Assembly: GCA_045690015.1 (NCBI GenBank)
Contig: CP145877.1
Coordinates: 448,827-480,826 of the forward strand
Length of the DNA: 32,000 nucleotides
Origin: Candidatus Saccharimonadota bacterium
GTDB taxonomy: Bacteria > Pseudomonadota > Gammaproteobacteria > Enterobacterales > Enterobacteriaceae
Direction of reading: 5' to 3'
The notes beneath the pieces were generated by a model that was not told the DNA's origin, made no database searches, and was given only the letters and a program-made list of their open reading frames with translations. The position numbers and the translations under genes were made by a program. This document shows, piece after piece, positions 19,986 to 29,917 of this stretch (its first letter is position 1; each line of letters begins with the position of its first letter).

Positions 19986-20753
19986 TTATATTAACAGAAA
20001 TTGTTGAATAATAGTTAATACCTCATAAAATTTATCAAAATGTACCCAATGTCCTGCACTAGCAATCATATGAATATGTGCTTTTGGAAATTGGTTGAGT
20101 AGTGAATGATAATATCTCTCATCAAGGTAGTGGGAATATTCTCCACGAATAAATAATGCAGGATGTGGCCAGGCAGGTACTATCTGCCAATCTAGTATTT
20201 CCTTATATTGTTGATGAATACATGGTAGATTAAAGCGCCATTTCCCAGATGCAAAAGATTTTAAGATAAAATTAATAATATTATGTTCATTAATATATTG
20301 TTGCATCAAGTCAGCAGCATCTTGACGTGAAGTAATATTAGCATCATTTACTGCTCTTAATGCAGTAAGAATGTTTATATGTGATTGCATCATTTTATAA
20401 GCTACGGGAGCTATGTCAATTACTATAATTTTTTCAATTATTTTAGGAGCTATAGCCGTCATTGTCATAGCTATTTTACCTCCCATAGAATGTCCAATTA
20501 CAATAATACGATCAATCCTATTAGTATTTAGTGTATCTAATATATCTTTAGCCATTACAAGATAATTCATTTCATTAGTATGTTGAGAATGTCCATGGTT
20601 ACGCACATCAACTTGAATAATTTTTCTGTAATCATTCAATCCTCGTGCTAAACTGTTTAGATTAGTTAAATCACCAAATACACCATGAATCATCAGTATC
20701 GGTGTCTTTAGATCAATTTTTCTTGCTGAATGTTGATAAAAATTTAAATTCAT
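19986..20753 (-). CDS. ybfF: Alpha/beta-hydrolase esterase YbfF
   Basis: 255-aa ORF with the nucleophile elbow GHSMGGK, the oxyanion region HGVFG, and KSFASGKWRFN and AGHWVH, paralleling E. coli YbfF (254 aa). It keeps the syntenic position next to fldA. Confidence 0.88.
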   Translation of the reverse strand: MNLNFYQHSARKIDLKTPILMIHGVFGDLTNLNSLARGLNDYRKIIQVDVRNHGHSQHTNEMNYLVMAKDILDTLNTNRIDRIIVIGHSMGGKIAMTMTAIAPKIIEKIIVIDIAPVAYKMMQSHINILTALRAVNDANITSRQDAADLMQQYINEHNIINFILKSFASGKWRFNLPCIHQQYKEILDWQIVPAWPHPALFIRGEYSHYLDERYYHSLLNQFPKAHIHMIASAGHWVHFDKFYEVLTIIQQFLLI

Positions 20754-20815
20754 AGATATTACTTTAATATAAAATAAATCATCTTAAAAATTATCTCACA
20801 TTATATAATAAATAA

Positions 20816-21562
20816 ATGCGTAATATCGAACTCGAAAAATTAATTAATAAGCAACTGAACAGTGCTAATTTCCATGATTATGTACCTAATGGATTACAAG
20901 TAACTGGACGAGAAGAAATTAAAATCATTATTACTGGAGTAACAGCATGTCAAGCACTACTTGATCAAGCCGTTTCTAATCATGCAGATGCCATAATCGT
21001 ACATCATGGATATTTTTGGAAAAATGAATTACCTTTAATACAAGGGATCAAACGTCAACGACTAAAAACTCTCTTATTGAACGATATTAATTTATACAGT
21101 TGGCATTTGCCACTTGATGCTCACCCGAAATTGGGTAATAATGCTCAGTTAGCCAAAATCCTGGATATCAAAGTGCAAGGAGAAATAGTTCCATTTCTGT
21201 GTTGGGGGACCTTTTTACAACCCTTAACTAGTGAAGCTTTAATAAAAAGAATCACAGCAAAATTAGGAAGAATCCCGTTATATTTTGCGGATAACCAGGC
21301 ACCAAGTTTAATTAGCAGTGTTGCTTGGTGTACCGGTGGAGGACAAAAGTTTATTAATGAAGCTGCTAATTTTTGTGTAGATGCTTTTATTACTGGTGAA
21401 GCCTCCGAATCTACCATTCATAGTGCACGTGAGAATAAGCTACATTTTTTTGCAGCTGGCCATCATGCAACAGAACGCGGTGGAATTCAAGCTTTAACTA
21501 AATGGTTGGAAAAAAATTATAATTTTAATATTACTTTCATTGATATATATAATCCAGTATAA
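20816..21562 (+). CDS. ybgI: Nif3-family dinuclear-metal protein YbgI (GTP cyclohydrolase 1 type 2 homolog)
   Basis: 248-aa ORF with NGLQV.G, IIVHHGYFWK, LYSWHLPLDAHPKLGNNAQLA, VAWCTGGGQ and AAGHHATERGGI, collinear with E. coli YbgI (247 aa). Confidence 0.92.
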   Translation: MRNIELEKLINKQLNSANFHDYVPNGLQVTGREEIKIIITGVTACQALLDQAVSNHADAIIVHHGYFWKNELPLIQGIKRQRLKTLLLNDINLYSWHLPLDAHPKLGNNAQLAKILDIKVQGEIVPFLCWGTFLQPLTSEALIKRITAKLGRIPLYFADNQAPSLISSVAWCTGGGQKFINEAANFCVDAFITGEASESTIHSARENKLHFFAAGHHATERGGIQALTKWLEKNYNFNITFIDIYNPV

Positions 21563-21602
21563 CCCAATGAATTTATTTGATATTGATAGTCAAAATCGCT
21601 TT

Positions 21603-22187
21603 TTATTCCAAGTAGTGTTTTAATAAATGATAGGAAGTAGGATTGCTGTCACAATCTCCAATTCCACATTCAATAAATGTAGAAAGCAGATTAGCAGCAA
21701 TCAATATACAGAAAATAATAATATTGATTTTTTCCCATTTGGTTAAATGATGAAAACAATTTTCTTTATCGTCTTTTAAAATCAAAAGTATAGCTATAAC
21801 AACCATAGTTAACAATGAACTCAGCAATGCTAAAGTATAAAAATGAAGATTAAAAAGAGTGCTGCCATAACCAACATCTTCAGGAAGAATATGTAAAAAT
21901 ATTTGGCGCATTGCAATGGTACCAGTTGTAATACAACCTAATAGAGCTATCCCATAATGAATGCTGCGAATTCCAAATTTTAGGTTTAGAAAAAAACCTG
22001 TACTGATCATGATAATTCCAACACGTTGTAATAAACATATTGGACAAGGTAATTCATGCCATATCAATTGATAATAAAATGCAATTATCAAGATGATATT
22101 ATTTCCAAACAAAACTAGCATGTTTAGAAGATGACATAATTGGTGTACGTGAGTTTTAGGATTAAAACCTTCGTTAACATTCCTCAT
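21603..22187 (-). CDS. DsbB-family (disulfide bond formation protein B-like) integral membrane protein, atypical architecture
   Basis: A 194-aa ORF is far longer than chance allows in stop-rich AT-rich DNA. It has about five hydrophobic segments. The motif LPCPICLLQR lies directly after segment 1 and matches the DsbB/BdbC signature P-C-x-x-C-x-x-[QE]-R. The loop between segments 3 and 4 has no cysteines. An extra fifth segment is followed by ECGIGDC. The SD is weak. The family call is by motif only, not by search. Confidence 0.55.
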   Translation of the reverse strand: MRNVNEGFNPKTHVHQLCHLLNMLVLFGNNIILIIAFYYQLIWHELPCPICLLQRVGIIMISTGFFLNLKFGIRSIHYGIALLGCITTGTIAMRQIFLHILPEDVGYGSTLFNLHFYTLALLSSLLTMVVIAILLILKDDKENCFHHLTKWEKINIIIFCILIAANLLSTFIECGIGDCDSNPTSYHLLKHYLE

Positions 22188-22555
22188 GTTCTATTCTCTA
22201 TCTTAGAAGGATAAATTCAATGATGCAGTTGCATGATACTTAAACCAACCAATAGTTAATATTAATAATATTATCCATAGAATATAACCAGTTTTTTTAT
22301 TATTTGATAAAAAACTTATAACTGTTAGAAATGCTATTAAAAATGGAAGACACATAACTATTAGTCTCCAATGCAATTGATCTTTATTTTAGATAAGTCA
22401 TTAGTATAACTCTAATGATTATTTATGCGAACTTTTTAAGTTTAAATAGAAGAAAATTTCTTATATGACAATTGTTATAACAATACGATAGTTTTATAAT
22501 TTTACGCAGATAGATAAGGTAACTAAAAAAATTAATCAAGCAAGGATCTTGGCGG

Positions 22556-22945
22556 ATGGATAAAAGTGTGAAAAAGCAAACACCAGTAAATTTAAATCTT
22601 ACAACAATCTCCTTTCCAATTACAGCCATAGTATCGATTCTCCAACGTATCTCTGGAATAATCAATATGATTTCGATTGGAATAATGCTTAAAGTATTAA
22701 ATTTATCATTATCTTCCCCCGAAAATTTCAAAAAAATTCAAATTTTACTGAGTAATAGTTTTTTGAAGATAACAGTATGGGGAATTTTAATTTTAATTTT
22801 CTATCATCTTACTGGAGGAATTCGTCATATGTTAATGGATTTCGGGTTAGTTAGTGAAACTCAACTTTCTGGCACCCGTTCAGCATATATAGTATTGATC
22901 TTTACTATTATCTTTTCACTTATTATTGGAGTGTTTATATGGTAA
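22556..22945 (+). CDS. sdhC: Succinate dehydrogenase cytochrome b556 subunit
   Basis: 129-aa ORF: VKKQTPVNLNLTTISFPITAIVSILQRISG and YHLTGGIRHMLMDFG match E. coli SdhC (VKKQRPVNLDLQTIRFPITAIASILHRVSG; YHVVVGIRHMMMDFG), and the heme-ligand His is retained. Confidence 0.95.
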   Translation: MDKSVKKQTPVNLNLTTISFPITAIVSILQRISGIINMISIGIMLKVLNLSLSSPENFKKIQILLSNSFLKITVWGILILIFYHLTGGIRHMLMDFGLVSETQLSGTRSAYIVLIFTIIFSLIIGVFIW

Positions 22946-23292
22946 ATACGAAGAATGTTTCTGCATTAGGTTTTAATGGTATATATGATTGGATCTTATT
23001 ACGTATATCTGCAATAGTGATTGCATTCTATATAATATATATAGGTTGGTTTTTTATTACTACAGATGATATTAATTATATCATATGGCATAATTTATTT
23101 AAATCTATATTTACTAAAATTTTCACAATAATAGCTCTGTTATCAACACTACTTCATAGTTGGATTGGTATATGGCAAGTGTTAACCGATTATATTAAGT
23201 CATTCCTATTACTTCTGACATTACAAATCATACATTTTTTAATATTGGGGATATATATGATATATGGAATTATTGTGGTATGGAGTGTGTAA
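22939..23292 (+). CDS. sdhD: Succinate dehydrogenase hydrophobic membrane anchor subunit
   Basis: 117-aa ORF with [30 protein letters not shown] and YGIIVVWSV, as in E. coli SdhD (115 aa). It overlaps the sdhC stop by 7 nt. Confidence 0.94.
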   Translation: MVNTKNVSALGFNGIYDWILLRISAIVIAFYIIYIGWFFITTDDINYIIWHNLFKSIFTKIFTIIALLSTLLHSWIGIWQVLTDYIKSFLLLLTLQIIHFLILGIYMIYGIIVVWSV

Positions 23293-25061
23293 TGTTTTTT
23301 TCAACTCTAAAATTTGATGCGATTGTTATAGGTGCTGGTGGGGCTGGGATGCGTGCGGCTTTACAAATTTCCACTGCGGGATATTCTTGTGCATTACTTT
23401 CTAAAGTTTTTCCAACTCGGTCACATACGATATCCGCTCAAGGCGGTATTACAGTTGCACTAGGCAATCAACATTCGGATAATTGGGAATGGCATATGTA
23501 CGATACCGTGAAAGGTTCTGATTATCTAGGTGATCAAAATGCTATTGAATATATGTGTAAAAATGGTCGCGAAGTTATTTTAGAACTCGAGCATATGGGT
23601 TTACCATTTTCGAGGTCGCATGATGGTAGAATTTACCAACGTCCATTTGGAGGCCAATCGACTCATTTTGGTCGTGAACAAGCTGCACGCACAGCAGCTG
23701 CTGCAGATCGTACTGGACATGCATTATTACATACTCTTTATCAACAAAATATAAAAAATAAAACGGCTATATTTTATGAATGGTATGCTTTAGATTTAGT
23801 GAAAAACCAGGATGGGAATATTGTTGGTTGTACCGCATTATGTATCGAAAGTGGGGAAGTAGTATATTTTAAAGCATGTGCTACGATTTTAGCTACTGGA
23901 GGGGCGGGTAGAATTTATCAGTCGACTACCAACGCTCACATAAATACTGGTGATGGTATAGGCATGGCATTACGGGCTGGAATACCTCTTCAGGACATGG
24001 AAATGTGGCAATTTCATCCTACAGGAATTGCAGGAATAGGTATATTAATAACTGAAGCTTGTAGAGGCGAGGGGGGATTTTTACTGAATCGAAATGGGGA
24101 ACGTTTTATGGAACGTTATGCTCCTCAAACTAAAGATTTAGCTGGACGGGATGTAGTAGCGCGATCAATTATGATTGAAATCCTAGAGAAACGTGGATAT
24201 GATAATCCACATTGGGGTCCATATGTAAATTTGAAATTAGATCATTTAGGAAAAGAAATTTTAGAATCTCGTTTACCCGGAATTTTAGAATTAGCACGTA
24301 CCTTTGCACATGTAGATCCTACTCTAGAACCAATTCCAGTGATTCCTACATGTCATTATATGATGGGTGGTATTCCAACTAAAATCACAGGACAAGTTAT
24401 CACTATTAATAAAGAAGGTGAAGATGTGATTGTTCCAGGACTTTTTGCTGTAGGTGAAACGGCGTGTGTTTCAATACATGGTGCTAATCGTCTTGGTGGA
24501 AATTCATTACTTGATATAGTAGTCTTTGGACGTTCGGTTGGTATACATCTTACTAAATCTCTTGAGGAACAAGGTACATTACGCAGTGCTTCGGAGGAGG
24601 ACGTTGCTTGTTCATTAGGACGATTAAATCGTTGGAATAATAATCGTTTTGGAGAAAATCCTATAGATATACGTAAAAAATTACAGAAATGTATGCAAGA
24701 AAATTTTTCGGTATTTCGAGAAGGTAAAACTATGAACATAGGACTCGAACAACTTAAATCGATTCGTGAAAGTTTAAAATACGCATCTCTTAATGATACT
24801 TCTACAAAATTTAATACGGAGCGTATTGAATGCTTAGAATTGGATAATTTGATGGAAACGGCTTATATTACTGCTAGAGCAGCAATTTTCCGCACTGAAA
24901 GTCGTGGAGCCCATACTCGTTATGATTTCCCTAAAAGAGATGACAAAAATTGGTTATGCCATACTTTATATTTACCGGAAAAAGATTGTATGACTTACCG
25001 TAAAGTAAATATGCGTCCTATTATGCGCGATGCTTTCCCTCCTAAAGAGCGAACTTATTAA
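23292..25061 (+). CDS. sdhA: Succinate dehydrogenase flavoprotein subunit
   Basis: The track ORF starts at 23280. The ATG at 23292 (a TAATG overlap with the sdhD stop) gives [24 protein letters not shown].., matching the E. coli N-terminus. The FAD-binding motif, the covalent-FAD His context SHTISAQGG and the C-terminal FPPKERTY are conserved. Confidence 0.97.
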   Translation: MFFSTLKFDAIVIGAGGAGMRAALQISTAGYSCALLSKVFPTRSHTISAQGGITVALGNQHSDNWEWHMYDTVKGSDYLGDQNAIEYMCKNGREVILELEHMGLPFSRSHDGRIYQRPFGGQSTHFGREQAARTAAAADRTGHALLHTLYQQNIKNKTAIFYEWYALDLVKNQDGNIVGCTALCIESGEVVYFKACATILATGGAGRIYQSTTNAHINTGDGIGMALRAGIPLQDMEMWQFHPTGIAGIGILITEACRGEGGFLLNRNGERFMERYAPQTKDLAGRDVVARSIMIEILEKRGYDNPHWGPYVNLKLDHLGKEILESRLPGILELARTFAHVDPTLEPIPVIPTCHYMMGGIPTKITGQVITINKEGEDVIVPGLFAVGETACVSIHGANRLGGNSLLDIVVFGRSVGIHLTKSLEEQGTLRSASEEDVACSLGRLNRWNNNRFGENPIDIRKKLQKCMQENFSVFREGKTMNIGLEQLKSIRESLKYASLNDTSTKFNTERIECLELDNLMETAYITARAAIFRTESRGAHTRYDFPKRDDKNWLCHTLYLPEKDCMTYRKVNMRPIMRDAFPPKERTY

Positions 25062-25062
25062 A

Positions 25063-25794
25063 ATGAAATTAAATTTTTCTATTTATCGTTATAATAGTGA
25101 TACTAATCAAGTACCACACATGCAAAATTATGTTTTGAGTATAGATGAGAAAGATCAAAATATGGCTTTATTGGATGCTTTATTACTTTTAAAAGAAAAA
25201 GATCCAACCTTAGCATTTCGTAGATCTTGTCGAGAAGGAGTATGTGGTTCAGATGGATTAAATATTAATGGAAAAAATGGTTTAGCGTGTATTACTCCAA
25301 TTTCTGCATTAATTCATGGCAATCAAAAAATAATTGTTCTTCGTCCATTACCAGGACTACCTATAATCCGTGATTTAATTGTAGATATGAAACCATTTTA
25401 TCTTCAATATGAAAAAATAAAACCTTATCTTTTAAATGGAGATAGGACTCCAACCACCGAATATTTACAGACTCCTACACAACGAAGAAAATTAGACGGG
25501 TTATATGAATGTATTTTATGTGCTTGTTGTTCCACCTCATGTCCATCATTTTGGTGGAATCCAGATAAGTTTATCGGTCCGGCTGGTTTATTAACTGCTT
25601 ACCGTTTTTTGGTAGATAATCGAGATACTGCAAAAAAAGATCGATTAGATGATCTTGAAGATGCTTTTAGCGTGTTTCGTTGTCATAGTATTATGAACTG
25701 TGTTAGGGTTTGTCCAAAAAGATTAAATCCTACTAAAGCAATTCATCAGATTAAATTAATGTTACTAAAAAATCTAATAAATAAGATATTATAA
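25063..25794 (+). CDS. sdhB: Succinate dehydrogenase iron-sulfur subunit
   Basis: The track ORF starts at 25030, inside sdhA. The ATG at 25063 (MKLNFSIYRYNSD) matches E. coli MRLEFSIYRYNPD. The three Fe-S cysteine clusters are present (CREGVCGSDG, CILCACCSTSCP, CHSIMNCVRVCP). Confidence 0.97.
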   Translation: MKLNFSIYRYNSDTNQVPHMQNYVLSIDEKDQNMALLDALLLLKEKDPTLAFRRSCREGVCGSDGLNINGKNGLACITPISALIHGNQKIIVLRPLPGLPIIRDLIVDMKPFYLQYEKIKPYLLNGDRTPTTEYLQTPTQRRKLDGLYECILCACCSTSCPSFWWNPDKFIGPAGLLTAYRFLVDNRDTAKKDRLDDLEDAFSVFRCHSIMNCVRVCPKRLNPTKAIHQIKLMLLKNLINKIL

Positions 25795-25817
25795 GTTAAA
25801 TTAACTAAGGCTTTACA

Positions 25818-28598
25818 ATGTATAAAAATGATACTCTGAAATATTGGTTGGATACTTCTTGGATGACTGGTATAAATCAGTTATGGATAGAGGAACTTTA
25901 TAATAATTTTATAAATGATCCTAACTCCATTGATGAGAAATGGAGTTTCATATTTCATAAAATTACTAATAATAATCTAAAACTCCAATCTTTACATCAA
26001 GATTTTAGTCAAGCTTCTTATGTTAAGAACTCTAGCAATACTACTCTCAATTATAAAGAAGTTAAACTAGTTCAGTTAATTGAAGCTTTTCGTTATCTGG
26101 GTCACCAGAGTGCTCATTTAGATCCTTTGGGATTATGGAAACCAAATAGTTTGCCGGACATAGCTTTTTATGGATTTACTGAGGCAGATTTTAATAGAAG
26201 TTTCAGTATTGATCCCTTTTATTTTACTACTTCTCAAAAAAATCTGACTTTCTCAGATATTTACCAAATTCTTACGAAAGTATACTGTGGAACCATTGGC
26301 ATTGAATATATGCATATTTATAATGTAGATGAAAAACGTTGGATTCAGCAGTATATTGAATCAGTACAAGGAGACTTTATCTTTAGTAATACTGAAAAAA
26401 AAATTTTTTTAAAAGATCTAATAGCTGCAGAAGAATTGGAGTACTTTTTAGCTAGTAGATTTCCAGGAGCTAAACGTTTTTCGCTTGAGGGAGGAGACGT
26501 ATTAATTCCTATATTAAATGAGATAATTCGCTATTCTGCTAAAAAGGGAGTGTGTGATATAGTATTAGGTATGGCGCATCGTGGTCGCCTTAATGTTTTA
26601 ACAAATGTTTTTGGTAAGAAAACAGAAGATTTATTTGAAGAATTTTCAGGAAAGTATAAGCAAGTATTAGGAAGCGGAGATGTAAAATATCATATGGGTT
26701 ACTATTCATATGTTACCACTGAACAAGGTAGAGTTTCTGTGCGATTAGCTTTTAATCCCTCTCACTTAGAAATTGTTAATCCAGTAGTTATGGGATCAGT
26801 TCGTGCAATGTTAGACCATTATCGTTTAACTGAACCTAAAACTAATAAAGTGTTACCGGTTACTATTCATGGAGATGCTGCAATTATAGCCCAAGGGGTG
26901 ATGCAGGAAACTTTAAATTTATCACAAGTAAGAGGTTATGAAGTTGGAGGTGCAATACGTATTGTTATCAATAATCAAATTGGTTTTACTACTGCTAATT
27001 TGAATGATGCACGTTCAACCCAATATTGTACTGATATTGCAAAAATGATACAAGCACCTATATTCCATGTTAATGGTGATGATATAGAAGCAGCGATTTT
27101 TGTAACACACCTAGCATTAGATTTCCGTAATCGTTTTAAACGAGATGTTTTTATCGATTTAGTATGTTATCGTCGTCATGGTCATAATGAGGCCGATGAA
27201 CCATCTGTAACACAGCCTCTTATGTATAAAAAAATCAAAAAACATCCTTCTAGTCGTCAAATTTATCTTGACCAATTAATTAAAGAAAAAGTAGTGTCTA
27301 AAGACGAATCTCAATCTATGATTAATGAATATTATAATCTTTTAACACAAGGTGCATCTGTATTGAAGGGAGTAGAACCACAAAAAATTAGTCATCAGGC
27401 TGAGAAGATAGTTTCAAATTTTGATGAAAACTGCTCATGGCCTATTGAGATACAGCAACTTAAAAAGTTAGCAACCATTGTAAGTGACATACCTCCATCT
27501 GTAAAAATGCATTCCCTAGTATCAAAAATTTATCGTGATAGGATGGAAATGGCAGCAGGAAATAAACAATTTGATTGGGGTGGGGCAGAAATTCTAGCTT
27601 ATGCTACTTTGCTAGATAAAGGAATTTCCATTCGTTTATCTGGTGAAGATATCTGTCGTGGAACTTTTTTTCATCGACATGCAGTTATTTATAACCAAAT
27701 TAATGGTTGTACCTATATCCCTTTACAACAGGTAAATAAAAAAAAAGGAATTTTTCAAATATGGGATTCCGTACTTTCCGAATTAGCAGTTTTAGCATTT
27801 GAATATGGTTATGCTCTAACACAATCCACTACTCTAACTATATGGGAAGCACAGTTTGGAGATTTTGCAAATGGAGCTCAGGTTGTAATTGATCAATTTA
27901 TTAGTTCTGGGGAAAAAAAATGGGGTATAATGTGCAATTTAGTTTTATTATTACCGCATGGTTATGAAGGACAAGGACCGGAACATTCATCAGCACGTTT
28001 AGAACGATATCTTCAATTATGTGCAGAACACAATATGCAAGTTTGCATTCCTTCTACTCCTGCACAAATATATCATCTACTGCGGCGTCAAGCTCTATCT
28101 TCGATTAATTGTCCGTTAATAATAATTTCGCCTAAATCATTACTACGTCATCCTCTAGCAACCTCAAATCTCAACGAATTGGCAAATGATATTTTTAAAC
28201 CTATTATTGGAGAAATTGACAGTATTAATAGATTAGAAGTTAAACGCATAATTTTATGTTCTGGAAAAGTATATTATGAATTACTACAGCAACGTCGTAA
28301 AAATAAACAGACTAATATTATTATTTGGCGGATAGAACAACTGTATCCCTTTCCTAACTATATACTGACAAAAATGTTAAAAGATTATTTACATGTTAAA
28401 GATTTTATCTGGTGCCAAGAAGAACCCCTTAATCAAGGAGCATGGAGTTACATTCAGTCCTATATATTATCCACCTTACCATCTGCAGCTTCGCTGCGTT
28501 ATGCTGGCCGTAAGGCTGCCGCTTCAACAGCCGTTGGTCAGATGTCGGTTCATCAGAAACAGCAACAAGCACTTATTAATGATGCTTTAAATATTTAA
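25818..28598 (+). CDS. sucA: 2-oxoglutarate dehydrogenase E1 component
   Basis: 926-aa ORF collinear with E. coli SucA (933 aa). Conserved blocks include [44 protein letters not shown] and [24 protein letters not shown]. Only 23 nt separate it from the sdhB stop. Confidence 0.97.
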   Translation: MYKNDTLKYWLDTSWMTGINQLWIEELYNNFINDPNSIDEKWSFIFHKITNNNLKLQSLHQDFSQASYVKNSSNTTLNYKEVKLVQLIEAFRYLGHQSAHLDPLGLWKPNSLPDIAFYGFTEADFNRSFSIDPFYFTTSQKNLTFSDIYQILTKVYCGTIGIEYMHIYNVDEKRWIQQYIESVQGDFIFSNTEKKIFLKDLIAAEELEYFLASRFPGAKRFSLEGGDVLIPILNEIIRYSAKKGVCDIVLGMAHRGRLNVLTNVFGKKTEDLFEEFSGKYKQVLGSGDVKYHMGYYSYVTTEQGRVSVRLAFNPSHLEIVNPVVMGSVRAMLDHYRLTEPKTNKVLPVTIHGDAAIIAQGVMQETLNLSQVRGYEVGGAIRIVINNQIGFTTANLNDARSTQYCTDIAKMIQAPIFHVNGDDIEAAIFVTHLALDFRNRFKRDVFIDLVCYRRHGHNEADEPSVTQPLMYKKIKKHPSSRQIYLDQLIKEKVVSKDESQSMINEYYNLLTQGASVLKGVEPQKISHQAEKIVSNFDENCSWPIEIQQLKKLATIVSDIPPSVKMHSLVSKIYRDRMEMAAGNKQFDWGGAEILAYATLLDKGISIRLSGEDICRGTFFHRHAVIYNQINGCTYIPLQQVNKKKGIFQIWDSVLSELAVLAFEYGYALTQSTTLTIWEAQFGDFANGAQVVIDQFISSGEKKWGIMCNLVLLLPHGYEGQGPEHSSARLERYLQLCAEHNMQVCIPSTPAQIYHLLRRQALSSINCPLIIISPKSLLRHPLATSNLNELANDIFKPIIGEIDSINRLEVKRIILCSGKVYYELLQQRRKNKQTNIIIWRIEQLYPFPNYILTKMLKDYLHVKDFIWCQEEPLNQGAWSYIQSYILSTLPSAASLRYAGRKAAASTAVGQMSVHQKQQQALINDALNI

Positions 28599-28633
28599 AT
28601 CTTATTATAAATAACCATAAGAAGGATAGATCA

Positions 28634-29881
28634 ATGAACTATCATGATATCTTAGTACCAGATTTACCTGAGTCAGTTATCGAGGCAACTATTTTAACTT
28701 GGCATAAGAAGATTGGGGATATTCTTCATGCTAATGAAATTTTAGTTGAAATTGAAACAGATAAGGTAGTATTAGAAATTCCAGCACCAAGTAATGGAAT
28801 TCTAATCTCTATACTGGAAAAGGAAGGTTCTGTCGTTACTTCTAAACAGGTTATAGGACAATATCAAATTAAAACTAATCCAGATGAAATAAGCTATATC
28901 CAAGACCCAGATAAACAAACACATACTAATTCTATAAATAATTTATCATGTTCTCAAGCGCAAGGGGGAATAGAAGAAAGAGATAATAATACTACTCAAG
29001 ATTCACTTGCACCAAGTATTCGGGCAATGATTAAGGAATATAATTTAGATCCAAAAAAAATTACTGGAACAGGAAAAAGCGGTCGTATTACCCGATTAGA
29101 TATAGAGAATTATTTAGAATCGATAAAGACTCATCAAGTAGATATAAGTATAAAACAACCAAAATCTAATGTTCTTAATAAAAGAGATGAAAAACGTGTT
29201 CCAATGACACGCATTCGTAAACGTATTGCAGAACGTTTGCTAGAAACTAAAACAAATACTGCTATGTTAACTACTTTTAATGAAGTTAATATGAAACCTA
29301 TTATAGATTTACGTAAGCAGTATGGTGAATTATTTGAAAAAATTCATGGTATACGTCTAGGTTTTATGTCTTTTTATGTTAAAGCAGTAGTAGAAAGTTT
29401 AAAACGTTTTCCTGAAATTAATGCTTATATTGATGGAGACAATATTATCTATCATAACTATTATGATATTAGTATTGCTGTTTCTACACCTCGTGGGTTA
29501 GTAACACCCGTATTAAAAAATGCGGAATTAATAAGCATACCTGATATAGAGAAAAAAATTAAATCTATGGCTAATAAAGCACGGGAAGGAAAGTTAACCG
29601 TAGATGAGATTATTGGAGGTACTTTTACTATTACTAATGGAGGAGTATTTGGTTCTTTAATCTCCACACCACTCCTTAATCCTCCCCAAACTGCTATTTT
29701 AGGTATGCATGTTATTAAAGAACGACCAGTAGCAGTAGAAGATAAAGTAGTGATTTTACCAATGATGTATCTAGCACTTTCTTATGATCATCGATTAATT
29801 GATGGACGTGAATCCATTAGTTTTCTATTATCGATCAAAGATACTTTAGAAGATCCTGCACGTTTACTACTAGAAATCTAA
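28634..29881 (+). CDS. sucB: 2-oxoglutarate dehydrogenase E2 (dihydrolipoyllysine-residue succinyltransferase)
   Basis: 415-aa ORF with the lipoyl domain and its lipoyl-lysine context [15 protein letters not shown], a peripheral subunit-binding domain ([15 protein letters not shown]) and the catalytic SYDHRLIDG. The linkers are Asn/Lys/Thr-rich rather than Ala/Pro-rich. Confidence 0.97.
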   Translation: MNYHDILVPDLPESVIEATILTWHKKIGDILHANEILVEIETDKVVLEIPAPSNGILISILEKEGSVVTSKQVIGQYQIKTNPDEISYIQDPDKQTHTNSINNLSCSQAQGGIEERDNNTTQDSLAPSIRAMIKEYNLDPKKITGTGKSGRITRLDIENYLESIKTHQVDISIKQPKSNVLNKRDEKRVPMTRIRKRIAERLLETKTNTAMLTTFNEVNMKPIIDLRKQYGELFEKIHGIRLGFMSFYVKAVVESLKRFPEINAYIDGDNIIYHNYYDISIAVSTPRGLVTPVLKNAELISIPDIEKKIKSMANKAREGKLTVDEIIGGTFTITNGGVFGSLISTPLLNPPQTAILGMHVIKERPVAVEDKVVILPMMYLALSYDHRLIDGRESISFLLSIKDTLEDPARLLLEI

Positions 29882-29917
29882 ATGTTAAAAAAAATTCAAT
29901 ATGCATAGGATAATAAC

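Noticed and set aside
22290-22316. An inverted repeat, AGTTTTTT...AAAAAACT (8-bp stem, 11-nt loop), lies in the sdhC upstream spacer.
   Set aside because: The stem is almost pure A-T and would be thermodynamically negligible. It is not placed downstream of any gene.
22471-22484. A perfect 14-bp palindrome, ATTGTTATAACAAT, lies about 72 bp upstream of the sdhC ATG and could be an operator.
   Set aside because: At this base composition I estimate several 14-bp perfect palindromes per 32 kb by chance. It resembles no regulator motif I recognise, and regulators are generally lost in such genomes.
22423-22731. A 102-aa minus-strand ORF spans the sdhC 5' region and the upstream spacer.
   Set aside because: Most of it is antisense to the well-supported sdhC. 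Its sequence is low-complexity and Ile/Phe/Lys-rich, typical of random AT-rich frames, and it has no SD.
8331-25062. The ORF track implies longer N-termini for cyoC (8331), cyoD (8879), cspE (9525), glnS (17672), sdhA (23280) and sdhB (25030).
   Set aside because: The extensions overlap the preceding gene or begin at GTG/TTG. The internal ATGs reproduce the E. coli N-termini and give typical TAATG or short-overlap translational coupling.
369-29667. The remaining short track ORFs are: 369..608, 2214..2411, 4752..5045, 5495..5698, 7213..7410, 10626..10853, 11939..12202, 12747..13064, 15775..15963, 16105..16320, 17928..18197, 18987..19193, 21145..21417, 24356..24739, 28393..28590 and 29461..29667.
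   Set aside because: Each is nested within, or antisense to, a long ORF with clear orthology. None has independent support, and several fall in the most conserved (GC-richer, stop-poor) gene segments.
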